Shown here piece after piece: positions 41,301 to 49,783 of a DNA stretch of 64,000 nt. The DNA lies in NCBI RefSeq assembly GCF_036321535.1, contig NC_087436.1, positions 72,046,001 to 72,110,000 on the forward strand, in the 5' to 3' direction. Every line of letters begins with the position of its first letter. Position 1 is the first letter of the stretch. The DNA is from Camelus dromedarius (Eukaryota). The notes beneath the pieces were generated by a model, which was given only the letters and a program-made list of their open reading frames with translations, did not search any database and was not told the DNA's origin. The translations under genes and the position numbers were made by a program.

Positions 41301-44300
41301 TTATGTCCACTTGAGGGAACTAGGCATGTTAGACACAAATAAATATGAACACAAGAGTCACGACACAAGATGGACTGGGATGTTCAGGGTTGGGGGTGGG
41401 AGGAAGAAGGATGGTTTGAAGATTTTGGTCATTGTAAATATAGAGAAATTTTAAAGCACTAACAGTTTAAAGACCCACATAGGCCAACTGGAGCTTTGTT
41501 CTAGAAATTTCTGGAAGTATAATCAAGAAGAGTCACCAAATGTAGTTTGGAGCTTAGCTAAGGAACCAGGTAAAAAGATTTCATTTTCTTAGTGGCAGAT
41601 CGTCAGAATAGCGATAGAAGAATAGAAACAGAAAAGAACAATGGCCAGAAAAAAGTGTCTATCTGTGCACACACACCAAACTGACCACCAGGAGACTGTT
41701 TTCTGTAATTAACCTAATTGCATATAGTTAACAAGCAAGTGATTTTTCACAGAGTGATAACGTTGTGTGACTTAAATTTCTCAGAGTATCATGGTAATCT
41801 CACCATTATTCTGTGGCACAGAAAATTCATGGAGGGGACCTGGGTTGGACCACTGTCCCAGAGACATGACTTGAGAGGCAGAAACTTGGATATACAGTAG
41901 GTAATAGTATCTAAGTAGAAGAATTCAGGTGTATAGTTAATAAAATAAAATAAAATAAAATAAAAGGCACCCCTATAGTTAAAACAGGCTACCAGACCAG
42001 CTGATACACAAAATAGAGTCCATTTATTTATTTCAAAGCCTTTTTACTTTTTGTAAAGCATTCAGAAAATATATCTCTACCTGAGTAACAACCTCATATC
42101 CACACAGATAAGCACTTTTGCAGGAGGGCCTATGCCTGAGAATTCCTAAGGGAGTTTTCTTAACCTGTTCTTGCTCTTGAGTGTGAATGCTTCTTGGTTT
42201 GAACTATTTCATCACTAGCAGAAGCGAAGAGACTTAGCCAATTAGCAGTGTGTAGATGTTCCAAAGTTAGACTAACTGCTCCAGGGATCTACAGGAATCT
42301 TGTTTGTTTTCCTTTCTGAGATTATAATAGTCAACTATGTGAACCTGTTCTGCCTGTTAAAAGAGAAAGTGGGCAGGTTTAAAGATTACCTTTCTAGTTG
42401 TGGCTAGTGGGAGCATAACACATTTTTAGACAAGATGGAAGACATATTTTGAGAGGTAAACCAGAATGCAGGAACGTTCTAAGAAGAAAAAAGGTGAACC
42501 AAAGTAAATGTGGGAATGCTGGCAAGAATAAGAATGGACCAAAAGAGAAGGAATAAAATAAGAAACTCAGTCATGCAAAGTGAATTTGAACTTCCCAAAG
42601 AAAACGAATCTCGCATTTCATGAAATAATGATGTGAATTGTAGGCATCAGCAGTTTAAAGGAGAAAATTCTACTCACAAAAATTCTCTCCTCCAGGTCAG
42701 CAGGGAATGATAATTATAACCTGAGGTATTTATCCATCAGCTAACAGAACATAACATAGAAGAAAGTTAACAAGAATTAGCAGAAATTTGGGCAGGGTTG
42801 AAATGATGTTTTGAAAATAGTACATGAAATTTACCAACAAAAACACTAAGTTCTGCTTTCAGACGTGACTTGACAGAAGTTCATGTGAAAAGACCTGTTG
42901 GTTTAAGTAGCCTATACTTACGACTTGGTGGGTCTGCTATCAAAGCTACTGCAATCCTGGGATGCACTTCTGGGGAAAAAACAAGGTTCAGATTAAGCAA
43001 TGTGATAATCACAATCATATGGATCAGGTCATTCTGGGATACTGTGTTTAATTTCTTATGATGCATTATACAAGTTTTACAAATTATGCAAGTAATATAT
43101 GAGCAAGGCAAAAGTTCTAAAAGAGGAACAGGGGTACATTTCCTATTCCTATAAGGCAAGCAATTTTAAGTTTTCACTTTTAGTACTCCTGGTGATTACC
43201 ATCATTACTTTAATAGCTTCTTAAAATATGACCAGTCACTTACAGAGTATATAAATAGTAGGATCAAATTTTGGGAAACCTAAGTAAAAATTAGTTCATT
43301 GAAAGAACAGTAGTGACTTCAGAAGTCTCTAGGAAGTTCGAAAAATAGTCTGAGCAGCAGATAAGAACCAAAGCAGCTTAGAAATCAATGACTTTCTGGT
43401 ATGTTACTGCTGGCACATCTCTTCATGGTACTACTCTGAGCTCCTATGTCTGCATTTTGATACATTGATTGGTATCATCCCAATGGCTTTTCTTTTTCAG
43501 AAATTCACCAATATCTCTTACATTGATGATGGCTTTTTTCCTTTTTAGCATCAATAGGCTTTATTCTTTTTTGGTATTTTTTGCTGTTATTGAACTGGGA
43601 TTTTAAAAGAGTTGACAGATGATACATTTTAAAAGGATGCTGGCAAACTGTTAGATGCAGCAGTATCTAGAATGGAAAAAGAACTGAAAAGCTTGTCACA
43701 AGATACGGAGAAATAGACTGGTAATGTGTATTGCAAAGTCTTAGGATGGGTGACATGTTAGCAGTCTCCCAACATGTCCAAGATTATAGGGAATCAAAAG
43801 GTGGCTAATTTGGTCTCAGTGTAAAGAAAATATTTCCTCTTACTTTTCTCTCTTCTCTGCATTCCATCATATGAGTCCATGTTTTACATTTCAAAATCTT
43901 GCTTGGGCCCTGCCTCAAGATGTGGAGTTATCATCACTTCTCATTTCACACAGGGCATTCCTCAGATCCCTTCCTTCTACCTCATCTTTACCAGAAAATT
44001 CCACCCCAAACCCCAGCATTTGTTATTATAACATTAAAAATTTACCAAGGAATAATGGAATAAATGAAGTCAGGAAGGACTGATAAGGAGAAATATTACC
44101 TCCTGCACTATAATTAGGTTTGAAGAAAATGAACAAGGTAGAATATGAGAATTTTGAGGTTAGCCTTATTGGAAATTTTCCCATGAACATTGATGTAGAA
44201 AGTCATGGGTTACCATGGAAGGAAGGATACCTAAACTCCAGAAGTAAAATGACTTCAGTCTTCCTAAACAATTTAAGTGTGGTGCTGTTTGAGAGTGGGA

Positions 44301-44375
44301 AGAAGAACTGAATTGCTAGACTTCTAACCTTTTTCAACAGGATCCTAGAGACTCTTGGGAGTATAAGTCATCTCT

Positions 44376-44419
<44 letters not shown>

Positions 44420-45039
44420 CATGTCTTAGCAGTGGAGTTCGAGGGTTCCTATCCCCATTTAGCTAGAAATTCCGCTTTTATCTGCTTGGGCTTCCACAAA
44501 TGCTTTTTACTTGAATACAGACCAGACCAGACAGGTACAAATTGGGGAAAGGGCTTGGACTCGATGTCAAGGTCTATACCAGTGTACATGAAGGCGGTGG
44601 AGGTACTCTGATCAGTTTTAGTGGTGATGTTCCTCTTGAGTTCCTGTACATGCATGTGTGGTGATTTGGCCTGGGATTAGCTTAGAGCTGTATTAAAATG
44701 CAGCAAAAAGCTGGTGTTGATTGTTCGTTTTTACCCTGCAACAAAAGAGCCGCATATTTCTGTGAGGAGGAAGCAAATTTTTACTTATTCCAAACCTGAG
44801 GTCTTGAAAGTAGATGAAGCATTGCGGTTAGTTAAGTCCTTAAGCCAAGGCACGAGGCCTGTGAGAGATTCTAAGACCTTGACAAGCAGGTGTATCAGAG
44901 TCCATGCAACAGGGAAGCCTTAAAGACTTTCTGTTCAGGAACCAGAGCTGTTTTGGTGTTTTCTCACAGATGTCCTTATTTGCTTTTTTTTCAGGGGTCC
45001 AAACTGATTGAAAAGTGCTGGTCTCTTTTGGGAGGCTAA
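8309..45039 (+). CDS. Albfm1: Alpha-fetoprotein related gene (ARG / albumin superfamily member 1), complete 14-exon CDS, 614 aa
   Basis: Coding exons of 88,52,142,212,133,98,130,215,133,98,139,227,133,45 nt sum to 1845 nt; all GT-AG, in frame, no internal stop; three albumin domains; directly 3' of AFM in the same orientation. Confidence 0.9.
8700..8940 (-). mobile_element. MIR fragment in ARG intron 1
   Basis: cctattatgtgccaggcactgc...tttaatcctaacaaccac...gttaattttccaagacca. Confidence 0.65.
9536..9587 (+). CDS. Albfm1: ARG exon 2
   Basis: tttttccag|CC ATG...GAT GT|gtgagt; 52 nt; [18 protein letters not shown]; phases fit exons 1 and 3. Confidence 0.85.
9735..9876 (+). CDS. Albfm1: ARG exon 3
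   Basis: ttacag|C ACT...CAA CTG|gtaggt; 142 nt; [47 protein letters not shown]. Confidence 0.92.
11205..11416 (+). CDS. Albfm1: ARG exon 4
   Basis: cctacag|ATG ACC...GAG AG|gtaagc; 212 nt; ...ICNNQG...SDCCN...RHKCFLLHK...QICE. Confidence 0.93.
13480..13880. mobile_element. MLT1-type (MaLR) LTR fragment
   Basis: ggataagctaaattacactatg...gtcactgagggacttgctgacagaggccccatctc...gcaagtcacat. Confidence 0.55.
14610..15680. mobile_element. MLT1-type LTR split by a nested LTR-like insert (about 14750-15389)
   Basis: MLT1-like ggctatgctgtggtaacaa...tttatttcttgctcatg resumes after 15390 (ctcctccaaggggtaactcagg...acctaactgcaagggaggctggga); the intervening segment ends in ...ctgaca. Confidence 0.5.
16359..16491 (+). 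CDS. Albfm1: ARG exon 5 (absent from ORF track)
   Basis: ttacag|G TAC...AGA AAG|gtaaaa; 133 nt; [44 protein letters not shown]. Confidence 0.93.
16520..16690. mobile_element. MER5A-like hAT-Charlie fossil
   Basis: gtggcctgtggacca...gcattacctggaaacctgttagaaatgca...ttctaacaaggtactcaggcagttcttat. Confidence 0.65.
16725..17270. mobile_element. MLT1-type LTR
   Basis: attgctgaataacagaacaccccaaagtttagt...tctatgggtcagggattcagg...tagccatctttggaaaatacagttcgccaca. Confidence 0.65.
18540..18690 (-). mobile_element. L1 3' UTR fragment (laurasiatherian type)
   Basis: ttattgaagtgtagtcgatttacaatgttagtttcaggtgtacagcaaggtgatt. Confidence 0.8.
19404..19501 (+). CDS. Albfm1: ARG exon 6 (absent from ORF track)
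   Basis: ttacag|CTA GAA...GCG GT|gtaagt; 98 nt; [33 protein letters not shown]. Confidence 0.9.
20518..20647 (+). CDS. Albfm1: ARG exon 7
   Basis: T-tract+cag|G GAA...GGC AGG|gtaaga; 130 nt; [43 protein letters not shown]. Confidence 0.93.
21378..21962 (+). mobile_element. 5'-truncated L1 (ORF2 end, 3' UTR, A tail) inserted into an older MLT1 LTR (about 21270-22140)
   Basis: atgttcacagcagcactatttacaataaccaagacatggaaacaacctaaatgtcca...acaatggaatactactcagccataaaa...ttaattaaaaaaaa; MLT1-like sequence on both flanks. Confidence 0.85.
23132..23346 (+). CDS. Albfm1: ARG exon 8
   Basis: ttttatag|AGC CAG...CAA GA|gtaata; 215 nt; [23 protein letters not shown]...GECVI...ENDDKP...VCKQF. Confidence 0.93.
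24805..24937 (+). CDS. Albfm1: ARG exon 9 (absent from ORF track)
   Basis: acacag|G TTT...CAT GGG|gtaaat; 133 nt; [44 protein letters not shown]. Confidence 0.95.
26564..26661 (+). CDS. Albfm1: ARG exon 10
   Basis: tttttcag|GAA GAG...GAC AG|gtatgc; 98 nt; [33 protein letters not shown]. Confidence 0.92.
27360..27650 (-). mobile_element. L1 3' UTR fragment
   Basis: gaagtatagttgatttacaatattgtgtt...gaatatagttccctgtgct...ggtaaccgtaagtttgttttctacgtctgtgagtctgt. Confidence 0.85.
27735..27910. mobile_element. MER5A-like fossil
   Basis: gtggctctcaaactttagagtgcatcaaaattacctggagggcctgttgaaacacag...gatcacacttaagaagcactg. Confidence 0.75.
28906..29044 (+). CDS. Albfm1: ARG exon 11
   Basis: ctttcag|G CTC...GAC TCG|gtaagc; 139 nt; [46 protein letters not shown]. 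Confidence 0.95.
29347..30205 (-). mobile_element. Solo LTR, MER21-like, with 5-bp target-site duplication
   Basis: Minus strand starts TGTGAGATAAT...atatttggtctttgaccacagttcctgacaca; flanked by tcaaa at 29342-29346 and 30206-30210. Confidence 0.75.
31502..31728 (+). CDS. Albfm1: ARG exon 12 (ORF track shows a different frame)
   Basis: gggaaag|GCA AAG...CAA AA|gtaagg; 227 nt; [75 protein letters not shown]. Confidence 0.92.
32015..32180 (-). mobile_element. L1 3' UTR fragment
   Basis: gtatagttagtttacaatgttgtgtcagtttctggtgtacagc...gaatatagttccctgtgctctacag. Confidence 0.8.
33560..34055. mobile_element. MLT1-type LTR
   Basis: ttgctgcataataactcacaccaaaa...caggaggctaatccaggcttcctcatgtgg...gccagcccagattaaaggggtgtggaaatagacttcacttcttgat...aatctgccaca. 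Confidence 0.7.
40962..41094 (+). CDS. Albfm1: ARG exon 13 (absent from ORF track)
   Basis: attcag|G CTC...GAA GAG|gtaacc; 133 nt; [44 protein letters not shown]. Confidence 0.93.
41148..41198. repeat. (AAAC)n tetranucleotide repeat
   Basis: Direct read, about 55 nt after ARG exon 13. Confidence 0.95.
42860..43720 (+). mobile_element. Ancient CR1/L3 LINE fragment in two pieces (about 42860-43060 and 43620-43720)
   Basis: gaaaagacctg...aaagctactgcaatcctgggatgcac...ctgggatactgtgtttaatttc, then acattttaaaaggatgctggcaaactg, follows the L3 RT 3' region. Confidence 0.55.
44378..44418. repeat. (TG)n microsatellite
   Basis: Direct read. Confidence 0.95.
44995..45039 (+). CDS. Albfm1: ARG exon 14 coding part ([14 protein letters not shown])
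   Basis: T-tract+cag|GGG TCC AAA CTG...GGC TAA; aligns with ALB GKKLVAASQAALGL and AFP GQKLISKTRAALGV. Confidence 0.88.
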   Translation, partial: GSKLIEKCWSLLGG

Positions 45040-45480
45040 ATGATACCAGAAAATGTCCATGTAGGATCTTTGCTGAGAACTGCATTTTGTTTCTCATGAC
45101 TAATGAAATGCACATCTAGTATTCAAAAGAAGAATCAACAACATCATTTTTCATCTGTTCCCCTGTGTTACTCAAGAGCACTAGCTACTCTGCACTAAAT
45201 ATCTCCTTTCCTACTCGGCAGAGAAATCTTCTTATTGTAACACTCATTCAATCCATTTTCATCCCTCCTTTCTCCCCATAAGCTTTCTACTTCTCAAAAG
45301 CAACAACAGAAATATGAAATCAAGGGGCCTCTCAAAACCCTCAGGTGGATATAATGGGCTGCCACATTGACCTGGGACCTGGCTGCTGGATTTCCAGAGT
45401 GAAAAGACCCAAAGTGCCACTTAGGGTTTCTATCTATACCACTACTGAAAATGATTATTGATGAACTGAATGTGTTTTAT

Positions 45481-45486
45481 AATAAA
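45481..45486 (+). terminator. Candidate ARG polyadenylation signal
   Basis: First AATAAA after the stop codon, about 440 nt downstream. Confidence 0.5.
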
Positions 45487-45658
45487 GTTACCAAAGGGGC
45501 AAGGGGGTGGGGGAGGGATAAATCAGGTGTTTGGGATTAGCAGATAGATATACACTACTATAAAATAAACAACAAGGACCTACTGTATACCACAGGGAAC
45601 TATATTCAATATCCTGTAATAAATCATAATGGAAAAGAATGTGGAAAAAAATATATAA
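45487..45658 (+). mobile_element. Short L1 3' UTR fragment
   Basis: gttaccaaaggggcaagggggtgggggagggataaat...aacaacaaggacctactgtataccacagggaactatattcaatatc. Confidence 0.85.
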
Positions 45659-45848
45659 ATAATAAGTTTACTTTCATAACTCTATTCCCGTTCATCTGTA
45701 CCCTAAATATGTGATGCTGACATTGTCATCAAGAGGCTCTAATATGTGTATAAGTTGAGCTTTCGGTAATGATTTGCCATAGGAGTCTTTTCCCTGGAAA
45801 CCCTGGCATAAATAACATAAAGGACTTACTTGGATTTATTTTTCCAGA

Positions 45849-45850
<2 letters not shown>

Positions 45851-45893
<43 letters not shown>
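45851..45893. repeat. (TG)n microsatellite
   Basis: Direct read. Confidence 0.95.
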
Positions 45894-45896
<3 letters not shown>

Positions 45897-47604
45897 GAAG
45901 TAAAAATAAGCAGTGATTCTAGTGCTTGCTAAGTAAATGATTTTGATTAGAGAAAATATTTAATTCTCATTAGAGTGCTCTTGATTTCAGCTTTTTTCTC
46001 ATTCTGGTAATTTCAACATGCGTGCATTGCAAATTAAATCTGATAAACATTGAAGTATCTATTGTGTTCGATGCACTGTGCTGGGTGTTGCAGGGAATAA
46101 TATGAATATGACATGACCAGATCACTAAATAATTTGTATAAGATATAAACACATAATGAATTGTAATAATGGGCAGCTTTCACATTTCCAGTGTCAGAGC
46201 GAGGCTAACTGATAATGAGGTACACAGGAATGTGAGATCACACATCGCCACAGAGACCAGCAAAGTTTATGGAAGGAGGGGCCTTGGCCAATAACTAGAA
46301 AATACGCATGGCTTTAACAGATAGATGTGGTAGAGTGGAAAGTGAACGGTCAGTGATTCAGTTTGGTGGGTTTTAAGACAAGAATGAAGTACTTGTGGGC
46401 AGTAAGACAGTGAAAGACGAGGCTAGGATGCTGGGTGGGTACATATTATAGTTTAGTTATAACAGCTAATATTTATCACACACTTCTTATGTGCAAAGTG
46501 TCAGCCTTAAAACGTATTATTCCTATAACTCCTACAACTTCTAATGAAGTAGGTACTATTAATCCTATTTTATAAATGAAGACACAGATAGAATGCCATT
46601 GGAGGGTGTGTAGTTTAGAGTATTATATATATTCTAGTGGTTAAGAATGTGGATTCTGAAGCTGTAGATTCAAATCCTACCTCCCTCTTCTACTAAAGAG
46701 TAAAACCAATCTCCTAACCTCTCCACAGCTTACTTTCTTCAGCTTTAAAATTGGGTTGAAAGACTAATTTCTCATGGGAGTGTAATGGACGTTATGTGAG
46801 TTGATCTATGTAAGGCACTTAAATAGTGCTTGGCAAGTAGTAAGTGCTGTTAGTTTGGACGATGTGAAAATGCTGCCTTTATAGGTCAAACATGGACAAT
46901 TTCAAGTGGCTCAATCTAATAGGTTAGCTGTTATTTAAAAGATAAATGGATGCTGCTGAGGGGTTTTGCCCTCTCGAATTGCATCCTATTCCTTTCTTTC
47001 CTTTCACATGTAGATATCTCAATACAATAGATACATCTGCCGTCTTTTCCACTTCATCGACTGCCTTGCAAATGGACTTCTTTCCCCTTCAGTTCTTGAA
47101 GCCAACCTGAACAGCCCTAAACAAAATTCCATAGTAGCACTGCCTAACTGAATAGTACATATAGTCTCGAGATAACAAAATACACCACCATATCAAGGAA
47201 AACTATACGAAAGATTCTCTATTTATTTAGCAACTGGATCAGATTTGTGAAAAAGGAGATATATACAGGGGATTTTATGAAAATATTACAGATAATTTAT
47301 TTGCTCATTCTTTTATTCATTGATTCACTAACTCATTCAGTCCTTTATTCAAACTGATTTTTATCGAGCACAACCCATACACAAGACACAATATTAAGTT
47401 TGGCGAAGTACACAAAGATGAAGTGACAGATCTTCTACCATTAATAAATATAACATATTATCTACAGTTTGAACTAGTATGTAACTGGTAGTGAAATATT
47501 TGGACCACCTAAAACAAAGATGAATGGCTTTGTGACAAAGTTTATTTTCTTGTATTATGCAAAGATGACTCTGAAGTGAGCAGATTTGTCTCAGAAATTA
47601 TATC

Positions 47605-48125
47605 AGTTACCTATTGCTGTGTAACAAATTATCCTAAAATGTAGCAGCATGTTATAACAAACATTTCTTCTCCTCCTCTTCCTCCCTCCGCATCCTCCTC
47701 TTCCCACTCCTTCTCCTTCTCCTTCTCCCCCTTCTCCTCTTCCTCCTCCTCCTCCTCCTTCTTTTAAACATCTCTTATCTCACACATTTTGGGAGGGTCA
47801 GGAATTCAGGAGCAGCTTAGCTGGGTTTTCTGGCTCAAGGTCTCTCATGAGGTTGCAGTCAAGCTATTAGACAGGCTGCAGTCATCTGAAGGCTTGACTG
47901 GGGCTAGCAGCTGGCCCACTTACACAGTTACAGTTGGGAAGCCTCAGTTTCTAGTTGGCTTTTGGCAGGCCTCAGTTGCTGTTATACAGGCCTTTCCCCA
48001 AGGCTGCTCTGGATGTGGCAGTTGGCTTTCCCCACAGCAGACAATCCAAGAGAGCAAGCAAGGAGGACACAAGGACTTTTATGATCTAGTCCAAAGTCAC
48101 ACTCTGTCACTTCTGCTTTCCTCTT
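47605..48125. mobile_element. MLT1-type LTR containing a (TCC/TTC)n low-complexity tract
   Basis: tattgctgtgtaacaaattatcctaaaatgtagc...gggtcaggaattcaggagcagcttagctggg...ggtctctcatgaggttgcagtcaag. Confidence 0.75.
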
Positions 48126-48862
48126 TTAATCATAAATTTTCTATTTTCTGGTTTAAAAAGTAATACATGTTCATTATAGAATATTTAGTTAAGTATAGAA
48201 AAAATACAAAACATGAATCACCCATAATTCTACAAACCAGACATAAACACACTTGGTTTTGGTTGGTAGGGTGTATGTACAAGTGATATTATGCACACAC
48301 ATATAAATATATCTATATATCTTATGGATAATTATTGAATATTTGTGTATATATTCTTACCTAGATACATAAGCAGAATTTACTTTTATAATTAAAATTT
48401 ATTAGACAATAATCCTAAGGGCTGCATAATACTCTACGGGTAAATGTTTCTTTCCTTTAATCTTTTTTTTTTTTCTATTTTTAAACATTAGGCTATTTAC
48501 TTCCTTTAATCACAGTAAATAATGATCTTTACATAGTGTCTTTGTATATCTGATTATTTCCATGTAAGATCCTACAAGTAGAATTGTAGGCTGAATTTAC
48601 TAAACTGCTTTCAAGGAAAATTATATCCATTTGTATTTCTACCAGTAGTTTAATTGCCCATCTCAATGCAATTCGTTGAGTATTTAATATTATCATTTCT
48701 TAATCTTGTCTAGTAGACAGAACAGTATATTTCAGTTTTATTTACTTTGTGTTTTGTTAACAGGCCAGTTATTTTATTGCCTCTCTGCTCCAAATTTACT
48801 CTTTGCTGTTGGCTTTGTGAAAACGGATGTGGAGCCTTTAAACGTTTTCCTTGCAGTTTACA

Positions 48863-49783
48863 TGTCATGCTTTGTCGGTAGAGGGCGCTGGAGAAACACT
48901 GCGGGAGGTGGTTGCTCTTTCCCAGTTCCTAGGAGCTGGCTGGCTAGGTTCACTGGGAAGCTGATTTTCTTCCTCTACTGCTCTGCCCAGAGTGGTTTCT
49001 CCAGTGCTAGTTGCCTGTAGGGTGCAGCTTTCTTTAGTGTTTGTTCCTCCAACCCCTTTTCCAGCTTTCGATTTTGTTTGTGGTGGCACAGCCTGGAGCC
49101 CCATTGCAGGTCTGCGCCCTGGCTCAGATCATTTGTCTCCACACCTTCTCAACTTGGTGCATGCTCCCAGAGAGGGCCCTGTGGGGCTGGACATCTGATA
49201 AGCCACCTGCCTGACCTTTGTCCCATGCAGCCTCAAAGATGCCACAGCCTAAGGCCTACACAGAGTTGTACTAGGTCCCTGCAAAGGAGGCCCCTGCAGA
49301 TCCCAGGCCTCGCGACATGGGCAGCAGCACCCCTGACTCCACCTGTGTGCCTTCCCTTCAGCCTCGGCTGACCTGTGCCCCCAGGCTTTGTTTCTTGCAG
49401 ACCTTCAGACACAGACACTACGTGATCTGGGCCTTGTGCCTGCAGAGAAGGCCCAAGCCCCGCTGCGCACCTGCCCACCTGGCCCTGACCCCTGTTGTTC
49501 CTGCTTGTCCTATAACTGTGGCCCTGCTGTGTCCTGGGCAACCGGCGGGGGCCGCCTCCCTCCAGTGGGCTGCAACCGCGGCTTCTCCGGTGAATTCTGA
49601 GCCCCTCCCCAAGCTTTTCCTTTGCTGGGTATTCTTCCCTTAGCCTTAGGGTGCCCTTTAACGGTCTCTTTCCATCTTTACAGTTACTCTCCTATCATCA
49701 CAGCTAAATAATTCCTTATGTTAAACTTCCCCTATTTAAATGACTGTGTGGTTTCTATCTCCTGATTAGACAAGGACTAATAT
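48863..49783 (+). mobile_element. GC-rich ERVL solo LTR (LTR33-like)
   Basis: Starts tgtcatgctttgtcggtagagggcgctggag; ends ttaaacttcccctatttaaatgactgtgtggtttctatctcctgattagacaaggactaatata; accounts for the cluster of short ORFs here. Confidence 0.65.

Noticed and set aside
8309..45039. Calling the second gene AFP itself, or a pseudogene
   Set aside because: AFP lies upstream of AFM in the cluster and this protein is clearly diverged from it. No frameshift, stop or broken GT-AG was found in any of the 14 exons.
45830..45910. ARG exon 15 at the ttttttccag acceptor (45847)
   Set aside because: It is followed by a (TG)n repeat with no canonical AATAAA, and the upstream donor is poor.
48706..49643. 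Cluster of overlapping ORFs on both strands
   Set aside because: GC-rich solo LTR with few stop codons; no recognisable protein.
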